This document shows positions 12,560 to 24,195 of a DNA stretch of 64,000 nt, one piece after another (position 1 is the stretch's first letter; each line of letters begins with the position of its first letter). The notes beneath the pieces are model-generated. The model saw only the letters and a program-made list of their open reading frames with translations. It made no database searches and was not told the DNA's origin. This stretch comes from Azolla caroliniana (lineage: Eukaryota; Plantae; Polypodiophyta), in the NCBI GenBank assembly GCA_043228905.1, contig JBHGNT010000007.1, positions 15,004,001-15,068,000 on the forward strand, given 5' to 3'. Position numbers and translations under genes: made by a program.

Positions 12560-15500
12560 CCCCATGATATAAAAACAACCTTTTTCTTTCCTCGTGGTTT
12601 TTGCACAAGCACACACCATGGCAGCCGAAAGTTGTGTAAGACTATAGTAACCCATAATGTAACACAATATTACTAGATCATTATTATGATAGTTTCGTCA
12701 ATTCTTATCTGAATGTCACTAGAAGTATTGCTACTTAGGCCCTTTTCTCTTGTGCCACAGTATAATGTATGAAAAGATCTATGTCTCTCCCTCCTATCTT
12801 TAGTATTCGGTTGTAAGTATTGCATTAATTAACGTGAGATGAGTCACATTGCCCATAATTAACATGTGGAAACAAATATGTTTGGAGAATATCCTACCAA
12901 TATGAGTTACATACGAAGCTAAGTAGAGATCTCATATGGTGGGCCTATTCCCTCCACATCCTCCAAGATAGCATGGAATTAGATGTGTGAATTCAAGTGT
13001 TCTAATTGGAAACTACAACTTCTTGCATTGTAAGTATCAAGTTTATGCTTGAGGGTGTGCGTGTAGCCAATTTTATTGCATCGGATATGTTGAGAGAAGT
13101 TTACTCCTTTTGTCTAATTTGTAATGCTCGAAAATTGTACAACCCACTTTTCACACAAGGATTTATTAAAGTGTTTTTCCTTTTTCCTTTTTTCCTAACT
13201 TAGTTGGCAATTCCAAAGAAATGGAAGTGTTGGGAAATAATCTCCTTGATCACAAAAGTTCATGGAGAGATGTGACTTGTTCATGGAAATATGCTTACCT
13301 TTTTCAACCCTCCAAAAAATAAAGCAACTTATTGGAATAACATGGTTCGTCATGATAGTTATGGACCTTGGTGGTATTAATACATCAATACATATATAAT
13401 GTCATACAGAAGCTTTAACCATGTATACTTCATGATTTTATTTTTAATTGGGACATATGTTACGAGGCATCTCTTTCATTCACACCCTTAGATATTCTTG
13501 CACGTTGTGCTCAAAAGAGCATGTAGAAATCAAGCTTTATCATTAGCAAAGAAATAAAGAAGATTCTATGCTCACCAAATGTTATGACTAGAAGCAATCT
13601 TTTATGATGTTCTAACCTTTTTTATATCTTTCCTCAAGAGCTTTCCAAATAGTTTACAAGAGCTTGACTAGGTGCTGAATGCCTCACTATCAATGTGTCA
13701 CTAATGAGTCAAACTACATATGTCACTTGTTAGTTTTGTAAAGTTGCATTCCACTATCATTCTACTCTTTTCAATTGGATCAACTTCAATTGAGTAGATA
13801 ATTCCAAAAAGCTAAAACATACTTTTTAAAATTATGAGCATATTTAGGTAAAATTTTTGCAACATTGCATGAGATCAAAGGAACAAATATCCTCAAGGAG
13901 AGGACGACCATTGTTGGATGTAGACAATGATTAGCCTTCATCCAACAATGGTTGTCCTCTCCCTTTCTTGAGTCAGCAGGCCTCCATATAAGATGGAAGA
14001 TCATGGAACTATCACATCCCTACCGGTATTTGTATACAACATTCTAATTTGTAAAAATTTATAACTAATGGAAGTTTTTTTTTGCTAAAAAAATAAAAGC
14101 AAAACAATATATCCTCGTCAATTTGAGACACAATAATATATTTGGTCCTCTTCATTTATTGAACTATAAAACGTTCTTACACCCACCCAATTTTAGGAAT
14201 AAGCTAACCACCACATCCTCATGCTTGATCTTTAAAATTGATATTCCAATTCAGCATGAAAGTAAAACTCGGTGGTCATTGCCTGAAAACTCTTTGAAAT
14301 TAACATAGCTTCCATATTGTTGTGCTTAGCAAGGTTTAAATATAAAAATGTACAACTATTCTTCAAGCTAAAACTTTTTTTCATTACATTATACAAGTTG
14401 ACACCTTCTCAAGAATTTCATAAAAGGATCCGGTCCACGAGCTTCTATTCCACTTTGAACAAGTCTATACATCCCAAGAATATATGTGAGGCTCATGTCA
14501 TACGCCACAATACCATAAGCATAATGAGAACTAATTTTCTTGAGTCCTGAACATTGTCCAGAAGTGATGGGTTGAACATAAATTAAACAATATTCATACA
14601 TTGCTTTGATATATTGGCATACAAAATGCAAACCCCAATGTTGCACAAAAAATGTCATCAAAACTAAGAATGAGAACATTGTGGATTGATAAATAAAGAA
14701 TCACGAGACACCTCATGAGAAAAATAGCAGCCTTAAAGGAACTAGGACCATTTCAATCAATGCAACGAAGCACCATAAGCATCAATATTGCCTTGAATAC
14801 ACAATTGAAGTGACAAGGGATAGAAGAAATAACCAACCAAAATAGCCTCTTCACACAAAAAGTTTGAGTTTTTATTTCAAAATCTTGCAGAACATGGCTT
14901 TCATAAATAGACCTTTGACATGTGACTTGAAATTTTAATTTCTGGGCCTTACAAACTAGTAGAAAAGTATAGTGAACACTTAACATGTGATAACTTAACA
15001 TTATCTGTACTTTTGAAACAAAAAAAAAACTGTGTAGCCTCAGAAGATTATTAGACCAGAAAAAATTCCTTTGAAACTCCTCACATGTCAGTCACATTCT
15101 TAATAATGACCCCCTATCCCTTAAAATCAAACCTATTGTGGCATGTTTTGAGACAACAAAAAAGGCTGGGCAAATTAAATATATGGTTGGCCAGAAGAAA
15201 TTCCTTTTAAATATATACTTGGCAGAAGAAATTCATTAAAAACCATAACACCAGTGACATTGTTAATTATGATACTCTCTTCATTTAGCACAACCAGGCT
15301 CTAAACTATTCCATTACACCAAAACACATATTAGCAAGCATAACTCAATAGCATGAATAATTACTAATAGCACTATAACCACAAATTACACTATGACCAC
15401 AAATTACACTCAAAACTCATTCTTCAAAGAAAATGGAAGTATTATTGTTTACAAATTACAACACAACAATTCACAGCATTAGTATAGACCCATGAGTAGG

Positions 15501-15588
15501 AACTACACTCAAATTTCACATAACCATCAGTGCTATTACAACAGGACTTACGGTATAATCAATATAATTTACAGTAAAAAAACAATTT

Positions 15589-16178
15589 AAATTACAATCT
15601 ATGAATATTTATGACCACTAATATAATATACTGGATATAAATTAGTCTCAGAAATCATTTTCTGAGAGGAATAGACCATCAATAGGGATGAGAATTAAAG
15701 CTATTTTTCCAAGGTCCATGGAAAGATTCGTTCTTAAACATAAAAACATAAATGACATACTAAATTACAAATACAAAAGCACATGACCATCAATTGCACT
15801 TCCACCTCCACTTCGTCAGTTGTATAAGTTATTTCTTCACACCGAAGAAGCAGAGAGAATATGAGACCATCAATATAAATTAATCAAAACGAGTCTAAAT
15901 TACCATCTATGAATATTTTATAAGCACAGATATAATATGCTGAATATAAATTAGTCTCGAAAATAATTTTCTGAGGCGCAGATCACAAATACAGATGAGG
16001 ATTAAAGCCATTTTTCCAAGGTCCATGGAAAGATTTCTGCTTAAACATAAACCATCGATGGAAAACTTATTAACAAGTCAAAATTTATAAGTTCCATTTC
16101 CACTTTCATCAGTTCTATAAGTTATTTCTTCACATCAAAGAAGCATTCAGAATATAAACCCATCAATATAAATTATAG
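15589..16178. repeat. Diverged ~300-bp tandem duplication
   Basis: Shared blocks ATCTATGAATATTTTA, ATATAAATTAGTCTC, TTTTTCCAAGGTCCATGGAAAGATT, TATAAGTTATTTCTTCACA and CCATCAATATAAATTA in the same order in 15589-15885 and 15897-16178. Confidence 0.85.
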
Positions 16179-16930
16179 CCAAACCCAAGTTTCCTCTCTT
16201 AAAATTCATCTGCCCATTGCATACTTGATGATGACTGATGTGAAAGAATAATACCAAGTCAGATTGAAACCAAAGATTTCCGTTTAAAAATCTAACAGCA
16301 TACTTGATTACAAGTCAGAACACAGGCTATATAGGGTTATTTCCACCATCATATCAGCTACTTCAATCAAAGATCAATTAACAACAGCATACTTCATTAA
16401 ATGTCAAAAAGCATACCAAATTTTTTCTGTGAGTTAGTTCCAACATTCTACATGCCACTTCTAACAATAAAAAAAGGTTAGAGCCAAACTCAAAATTAAA
16501 GTCTGGTATTAGTACAAAATAGGCCTAAACTCAAATTTAACCATCAAAAGAAAAGCAATGACCAAATAACCATTAACATGAATACAAATTAGGTGTGAAC
16601 ATATTTTCAAATATTTCTCTTTAAATTTTTAACCAAAAACGCCATATTTCATAAGAAGTACTGTAAGATCATAAAACTATAACCGCAAATAAGGCTGAAA
16701 ACCAAATTTTCCTGTAAATAATTACACCTCAAACCATTAAGGCAGACTTAATGATCATTACCATGAATGCAAGTTAATATTAGACTTAACACCAGATGTA
16801 TCAGGGGAAATGGAAGAGATCGAAGCCTTCAAAACTCAACCAACAATGGCATACTTAATTACAGGTCGAAAATCAAGCCAGCAACATTTCTATAAGAGTT
16901 ATTTCCCATCATTCACTTTCTTTCTGCACG

Positions 16931-17620
16931 TTATTTCTTAACTAATAACATCGAAGAAGAAGCTAGAGCCAAATCCTTCTTACCATTGTTGCGATGAAGA
17001 ATGTTATTTCCAAGAAGACGATTGGTAGAGGGTGCAGATTCATCTTCACCGAGTTTTATATCAAAAGCACCGATGATCGAACCGAGACCTCGAGAAGAAG
17101 CCACTTCAGTACCACTATTAACAATCTTAAGAGCAACTTTGAAAGTTTCATCTTGATCAGAAGCCTTCTCAAGCGGTTGGAAGTGGTTTCCATAGATATA
17201 CTGAGGAGTATAACCTTCCTCATCATCAAACATCAACAGATGTCCATGCCACTCCCATATACGATAGCCAGAGTCTTTATCATCATGGAAAGCGACACAG
17301 ATCTGATGCTCACCGATCGAAACGGCCTTTCCACTGTTTGGCTTCAACGTTTCCACGTTCCCTAAAGCGATCTTCTGCACAATTTTCGCTTCAAGAGAAG
17401 CTTCTTCACGAGCGATCCTTCCTTTCCCTCTCACATCAACAGGTGCGTCAGCAGAAGGTGAAGCAGAAGAAGAAGATAGGCCAGGAATTAGGTCTGTGTT
17501 CATAGAAGGCCCAAGTCCACTGAGAGTGGTGAGGGGATTCAGCCCATTGAGTAGACCATTGAAGCTAGATTGGAAAGGCGCGCGGGAATCTAAGGCTCGG
17601 AGAAAACTGTAGGGATCCAT
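16931..17620 (-). CDS. Intronless 229-aa protein of unknown function (probably conserved in plants)
   Basis: ATG-to-TAA ORF with a globular-looking core LKPNSGKAVSIGEHQICVAFH...YRIWEWHGHLLMFDDEEGYTPQYIYGNHF flanked by low-complexity ends; telo-box AAACCCTAA at 17644-17652 just upstream; no TE motifs. Confidence 0.85.
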   Translation of the reverse strand: MDPYSFLRALDSRAPFQSSFNGLLNGLNPLTTLSGLGPSMNTDLIPGLSSSSASPSADAPVDVRGKGRIAREEASLEAKIVQKIALGNVETLKPNSGKAVSIGEHQICVAFHDDKDSGYRIWEWHGHLLMFDDEEGYTPQYIYGNHFQPLEKASDQDETFKVALKIVNSGTEVASSRGLGSIIGAFDIKLGEDESAPSTNRLLGNNILHRNNGKKDLALASSSMLLVKK

Positions 17621-17833
17621 GGCGACCTCTCGCGATCGCGCAGAAACCCTAATTTCCCTGCCTGCTTCTACTTCTTCGTTTTCTTCAAAAGCCCCTCCTA
17701 AAACCCTTCCAGTTTTAGAAAATTACAAATGTGCCCCTAAAATTTACCTATTTCTCCCAAACGATACCGCTCCAAGTACTGTTTCTGTGAATTTTGTACT
17801 ACAAAATAGAGAGAGAGAGAGAGAGAGAGAGAG

Positions 17834-18016
17834 AGCTCAGTTGGTAAGGTTGCCCAATGGAGACCAGGTGGTCATGGGTTCAACCCCTACATTCCACAGT
17901 GGCATCTAGTGAAATAGGATATATATAATAGAGAGGTGAGAAAATTGGGTTTCGAACCCAAGACACAATGCTTGTAGAGTTATCGACTTACCATTAGGGT
18001 AAGCTAATTACGATAA
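17834..18016 (+). mobile_element. Two-headed tRNA-derived SINE-like repeat, copy 2
   Basis: + strand A-box AGCTCAGTTGGTAAG and B-box GGTTCAACCC; - strand TAGCTTACCCTAATGGTAAG...GGGTTCGAAACCC; flanked by (GA)n. Confidence 0.75.
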
Positions 18017-18030
18017 AGAGAGAGAGAGAG

Positions 18031-18206
18031 AGGTTGCCCAATGGAGTCCAAGAGGTCATGGGTTCAACCCTTACATTCTAGAGTGGCATCTAGTGAACTA
18101 AGATATATGTTTGAAGTAATAGAGAAGTGAGAAATTTGGGTTTCGAACCCAAGAACTAGTGTTAGTAGTATAACAACTTACCTCTAAGGTAAGCTAATTA
18201 CAATAA
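18031..18206 (+). mobile_element. Two-headed tRNA-derived SINE-like repeat, copy 3 (left A-box lost)
   Basis: Tandem diverged copy of 17845-18016, separated from it and followed by (GA)n. Confidence 0.75.
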
Positions 18207-19374
18207 GAGAGAGAGAGAGAGAGAAGTTTAAGAGAAGATTTCTAGTGTTCAAACAAATTAGTTACATCAGCCCAATTGGGAGAGTGTTGCATCAACGTTA
18301 TTATTCTACACAAAGCTTGAATGTTATCTTATATATTATCGGTTAATCATCTTTCTCTTACTTTCCTTTTCCTTATAATTGGGGCATAGTATTCATGGAA
18401 GGGATGGATAAATGGATAAACGAGAGATAAATAGAGAGACAAAGGAGACGAAGAAGATGTTATTTGGAAGAAACAAAAGAATGGCGATAATAATATGCAT
18501 GAGTTGGATATAGATATGATGTCAAAACCATCATGCACACATGTTATGGGAGAAGGTGAGGAGAAAGAGATGAAAGATCAATATCGGGAAGCAATCGTGT
18601 GATTGCTAATGAAGCACTCCATGATATTTTACATGACAATATATTTGCTTCTTCATACTAGGGAAAAGTCCTTTCAAATTGGTAAATTGGGTAGCTCAAT
18701 GGCTAAATGTGATGGTAGGTAAGAATAGTGTGGGATTTGTATAAAGGTCCACATGGTTTTTTTTAGGTTCATTTTTCGAACCGAAGAACAATGGGATAGA
18801 TTGTTGTCTCGTATGCCTGAATTTTACAATAATAATTGTTAGGCTAAAAGTCCCACTTTACCCATTTGTATCCTAGTGTGAACACTCCACTTAGAGTTAG
18901 GGCTTAGTTACCTCAACTATAAATAAGGGGAACTAACCCTCGTAATATAGTTCAATGTAATGTAATAGTATTTCTTGAGCTATAACTATGTAACTGTCGT
19001 TTTCTCTTCCTCTCCATCTTTCTATTAGGATATTGTCCCTCCTAATGGGAGAAGTCGACAACCGAATGGGAGAAGTCGATAGTCGAGTTATGGTCGATCG
19101 GCTGGATTGACCAGCAAGTCGACTTTGTGGGTCGAATGTATTGGATGGTTGATCCAAGTCAAGGACAATAGGTGGACCAGTCGAGCTGACTGGATGGTCG
19201 AAGACAAGGCCAATTAGTCGGGTCGACTGGATGGTCAAAGACAAAGTCGGTTGGTCGAACCGATTGGATAGTCGATAGAAGGAGTTGGCTAGATGAATCA
19301 ACTAGATTGTCGACTTGTGAGTCGGACAATCGAGTCGACCAGTCGGCCGATTAACTATTATTATTATAATATAA

Positions 19375-19846
19375 TGTAAAGAATCGAATATGATTCTGTG
19401 CAGCGGAAGAGATGTGTGTTATGTGTATGCATAAGAGGATAGAGATGAGAGAAGAGAAAACAAAATATAGATAAGAGAGAAATATGAAGTACTCAAGAAG
19501 AAGATTGTATGTTAACAAGGAGAATATCAATTACAAAATGTAGCATTACAAGGGAGGACAACTGACACCTTATGAAGTAGGAGGAGGGTGCTTTATATAA
19601 GGTTACCCTCTCTCTTCATTAACTCCACTACAACAGCCACTCTCTCTTGGGGAATGTGAAATTTCATTAGTCATGGGGGATATGGAACTGATTAGTTATG
19701 TGTCATAGAATTTGATTCTATGACACATAGTTTTTGTGTAGAGAGTAGTAGTGTGACATTTGACCTTTGAGTGATCATAGATTCTCAAAGGGTGTGTTCA
19801 CACACTGGACTAGGTTGAGCTTGATTCTCAATACGCCCCCTCAAGC
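19375..19846 (-). mobile_element. Copia-type 3' LTR (19375-19833) with polypurine tract
   Basis: Minus strand reads PPT GCTTGAGGGGGCG, then TATTGAGAATCAAGCTCAAC (similar to the TGTTGAGAAGCAAGCTCAAC start of the LTR at 21611), a TATATAAA box, and a ...TTTACA end at 19375. Confidence 0.65.
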
Positions 19847-21610
19847 TTAACTCAGGACGGTTCCTTTCAATTGATGTCCGCGTCGGTTGGCATCTGGTTC
19901 AGACGGTATCCGGTTCTCTCTTGTACTCCCCCTCAAGCTTGGCAAGTCAGGGATCGTCGATCCAAGGTTTGAAATGAATTGCCAAAGTTTGTCGGATTGC
20001 TCATGAACCGGCTAACTACTCCGACAACATATGCAATATCTGGCCGGGTGCACACCATTGCGTACATTAAGCTTCAGACGGCCGAGGCATATGGTATTTT
20101 CGTCATATCCGACTTCTCTGCCTTTGTCTTTGGGCTTTGCTTTCCGGACAACTTGCAATTTGTCGAAAGTGTCGATCCGACTGGTTTCGCCTCCAACATG
20201 TTGAACCTTTGAAGCACCTTTGTCACATACTTCTCCTATGACAACCACAACAACTTCTCCGACCGGTCTCGGATTATGTGCATCCCTAATATCTGTCTTG
20301 TCGGACCCAAGTCTTTCATTGAGAAGGTCCGGTTTAGGGCCTTCTTTAGCATTCGTATCTTGACTTGGTCTCGTCTGACAATCAACATGCCGTCCACATA
20401 CAGGAGCAATATCAAGAAATCTTCTCCGTCAAATTTCTTTACAAACACGTAGTGATCGGCTTACGTCTTGTGGTACCCTTGATCCATCATGAAGGAGTCG
20501 AACTTCTGGTACCATTGTCGGGGAGCTTGATTCAAACCGTATAGGCTCTTCTTCAACCGGCACACCAAGTGCTCCTTCCCTTTCTTCTCAAATCCTTCTG
20601 ATTGGTGCATGTAGATCTCTTCTTCGAGGTTGCCATGTAGGAATGTCATCTTGATGTCCAGTTGCTCTACCTCGAGGTCCATGCTTGCCGTTATGCCCAA
20701 TAATGTCTAGATGGATGTCATCTTTACTACCGTGGCAAAGATCTCATTGAAGTCCAGTCCTTTATTCTGCTAGAAGCCCTTCACCACGATCTGGGCCTTA
20801 TACCTTGGTGGATTTCCGGCGTCTCCCGGTTTCAGCTTGTACACCCACTTGTTCTGGAGTGCCCTCTTTCCTTTCAGCAACTCCGTCAGTTCGTATGTGT
20901 GGTTCTCATGTAGGGAATCCATCTCATCCTGCATGGCACTCAACCACTTGCGGTTGTGGGTGTCTTTCTTTGCTTCTTCGAAGTTTTCCGGCTCCCCCTC
21001 ATTGGTTAGCAATACGTGCTCTTTATTCGGGAATCTTCGGGGGGCTCTTCTCTCTCAGAGAGGATATCCCCGACCTTGGTTTTCGACTACCGGTTCCTCC
21101 ATTTGTTCTTCATCCGAATCTGATTCGGGGTCTTCACTGGTTCCGGTGTCTCCTTCTTCTTCGGTTGGTTTGGTTTCTTGTCCGAAGTCGGCTGGTTCAT
21201 CGAGCGTCATCCGGTGATTGGCTAACATCCGCTTTTCAACCGGGTAGTTCCTTGTGTCCTCAAACTGGTTTTCATTGGATGATCTGGAGTTCTTCACCTT
21301 CTTCTCTGACTCCCAGTCGGCAATGGTCCTATTTCCCATGAAGACTATATCCCGACTCCGGAACACCTTCTTGTTGACCAGGTCCCACACTCGATAACCA
21401 AACTCATCATTGTTGTATCCTAGGAATATGCATGGCCGGGATTTCGGATCCAACTTTTCTCTCTTGTCCTTTGCAACACGCACATAGGCGAGACACTTGA
21501 ACACCTTCATATGCCGGTAAGACACGTCTTTACTGGTCCATACTCTTAGTGGTGTGTCTCCATCCAAGGGTGCCGAGGGTGACTTGTTAATCACGTACGT
21601 TGTCGTCGTC

Positions 21611-22000
21611 TGTTGAGAAGCAAGCTCAACAAAGGTATGTGATGCTTATTGAGAAATAAGCTATAGTAGCTATTAGCTAATTAGCTACTAGTGGACATAA
21701 AGGTGAAACAACTATTTAGCTACAGACAACTAATTAGCTGCATATATAAGTCACTTATAACTTAGGTAAAAAGTAAGTAGAAAAGTGAGTAAGAGTGAGA
21801 GTAGAGAAGAAAAGAAAAACAAAGAATAGAAAACAAACGAGAGCGAGTTGAGCTCTGTGTGTAATGAAATAGAAGAAGTTTTTTGGTTTGCTACACAGAG
21901 GTAAGTCTCCTTCCCCTTCCTTTCTGTCTTGATCACACTAAACGATCCAACACATCACGATCCGTTGTGCACATAGAAGAGCCGTAGTGCCTTCGTAACA
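21611..22000 (+). repeat. 5' LTR of the middle Copia (390 bp)
   Basis: Direct repeat of 31154-31512; followed immediately by the Met PBS. Confidence 0.95.
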
Positions 22001-23787
22001 TGGTATCAGAGCAGAGTTGCTCGTAAAGAAGATTAGAACAGTTCAGATTTGAGAAAGGTTGTTTCACTGTTTACTTATTTGAATCAAAGAGTTGTTTGTG
22101 AAGTTAATCATAACAAAAGTCCTAATTGAAAGAGAGAATGACTGCTGAGAATGAAGCCAAATAGTGACAGAAAAATTAGATAAAAACAATTTCCCGACGT
22201 GGAAATTCAAAATGGCAAATTTCCTGATGGGAAAAGGATATTGGGATTACATTAAAGGAGACCTTGAAGAGGCTCTAGAGATCCCTGAAGAAAATGCAAC
22301 TGCTGCACAGATTAAAGCATTTAAGGAATGGAATCAAGGGGCAAGAAAGGTATTGCATTGGCTCTCACTTAGCATCTTAGATTCGATGCTTGGACACATA
22401 CAAGATGTTATGCTTCCAAAAGAAGCTTGGGACAGTTTGGTAAAATTGTTTGCAGTGAATACAAAGGCTAGAAAGCTTCAGTCGAAGACTGAGCTAAATA
22501 CCTTGGAAAAAGGTAAGATGTTAGTGAATGAGTATGCTCTGAAAATAAAGAGCATATGTGAATCACTTGCTTCTATCAATGTGAAGGTAGAAGATGACGA
22601 TAAGGTGGAAATATGCTTAAGAGGTTTAGGGCCTCAATATAAAAGCTTCAAAACATCCATCCTCACAAGGGATAGCATTCCAAGTTTTCCAAATCTGGTT
22701 TCAATGCTTGTAGTGGAAGAAAGAAATCAGATGGATGAATATAAATAAAGGAAACTTTGAGACTGAGGGGCAAGCCCTCTACAATAGTGTTGGAAGAGGC
22801 CAAGGAAGAGGCCATGGAAGATTTGGTTCAGCTAGAACCAACAACAATAGTTATCAAGGAAGAGGACAACAGGTTACAAGTGGAAGAAACAACATCAGAA
22901 GCAGGGGGAGCAATCGAGGTAGAGGTAAGCAAACTTATTTGAATGATGATGGTTGTTGGTATTGTGGAAAACTAGGCCATACATAGGTTGAATGTTATAA
23001 AAAGCAAAATGATGAAAAAAGAGGGAAGAGACATCAAAATAATTATGCCTCAACTAGTGAAGACTATGATAAAGATGGTGCATTTGTGGTGCAACATGAA
23101 ACAGTAGCAATGGCTGAATGTTCATAGAGATGCAATGAAGAGTTTATGTGGTATGTAGATTCTGGGGCATCTAATCATATGATAGGACATGCAAATTGGT
23201 TTGAAAGTCTAAGAGAACCAGAGATTCTTGGCTATGTACAGACAAGTGATAATACGACTCACCAAATAGAGCATGTTGGAGATATCCCATTGTGGGAAGA
23301 AAAAGGAAAAACAAAATATATGCTGAATGTTATGCATGTGCCAAACCTTGCAAAAAATCTGATTTCTGTTGGATAGATAGTGGAGCAAGGAATGCAAGTT
23401 AAGTTTAAGCAAAATGGATGCTTTATAGAGAAACAAGGAAAACTTATTGCAAAAGGAAAATGACAAGGAAGGATGTTTGTGTTAGATGTGGATATGCCTA
23501 AAAAGATTACAACCATGTTTGCAGAAGGAATGAGTGTAATCTCATATGTGGAAATGTGGCATAAAAGAATTGGTCACATAAGTATGCAAACATTCAAAAA
23601 TATATTCAAAAATGCAGTGACTGGACTGCCTAAGTTGAAAGATTGTGAGATGAGCAAAATATGTGAAGCATGCCAATGTGGAAAACAAAACAGGTTACCT
23701 TTCCCTCATGAAAGACATGTAAGCAAAAATTTGTTGGATTTGATACATACAGATGTATGGGGACCAACAAAAAATGCATCAATTAGT

Positions 23788-24195
23788 TGTCAGGAGTAGT
23801 ACAAAAGCAGAGATGGAATTAGTACTAAAGAAGAGCAGTACTATTAGTACTAAGAGGACGGGACTGTGTAAGATTCCCAAGAGAGGAAGTGAGAAGAGAG
23901 AGAGAGAGAGAGAAGGATGATGACAACAGCTCTTATATTGTGTGAAAAGATAAGTACAAATCGGCTAAGAGGCTTAAGACTGGCGTTTAACCAATTTGGT
24001 TCAAAACAATGCCTTGTGCCTCCTTTTATAGTGTTTTTAGGAATAATCCTGAAGCTTCTAGAATATTCCAGAGAGATCTGGAATATACATCAATTTTCTA
24101 TGATAAAGCATAAATGAAAATAATATCCTACAAATTACAATTCATAGTCTAATGGTAAGAGCTCGACCCATGTAGCATAAGGTCATGGGTTCGAG
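23788..24195 (-). repeat. 3' LTR of the Gypsy element, lacking ~18 bp at its U3 end
   Basis: Match to 28112-28517 stops at GGGTTCGAG (24195) and abuts integrase codons directly. Confidence 0.9.

Noticed and set aside
13000-14010. Minus-strand LINE remnant
   Set aside because: Only faint FHLIWR / HL...C..IWK resemblance; too degraded to support.
18837-19370. Additional LTR fragment(s) with GTCGA-rich repeats
   Set aside because: Probably TE-derived (TGTTAGG start, TATAAAT), but ends, partner and TSD could not be defined.
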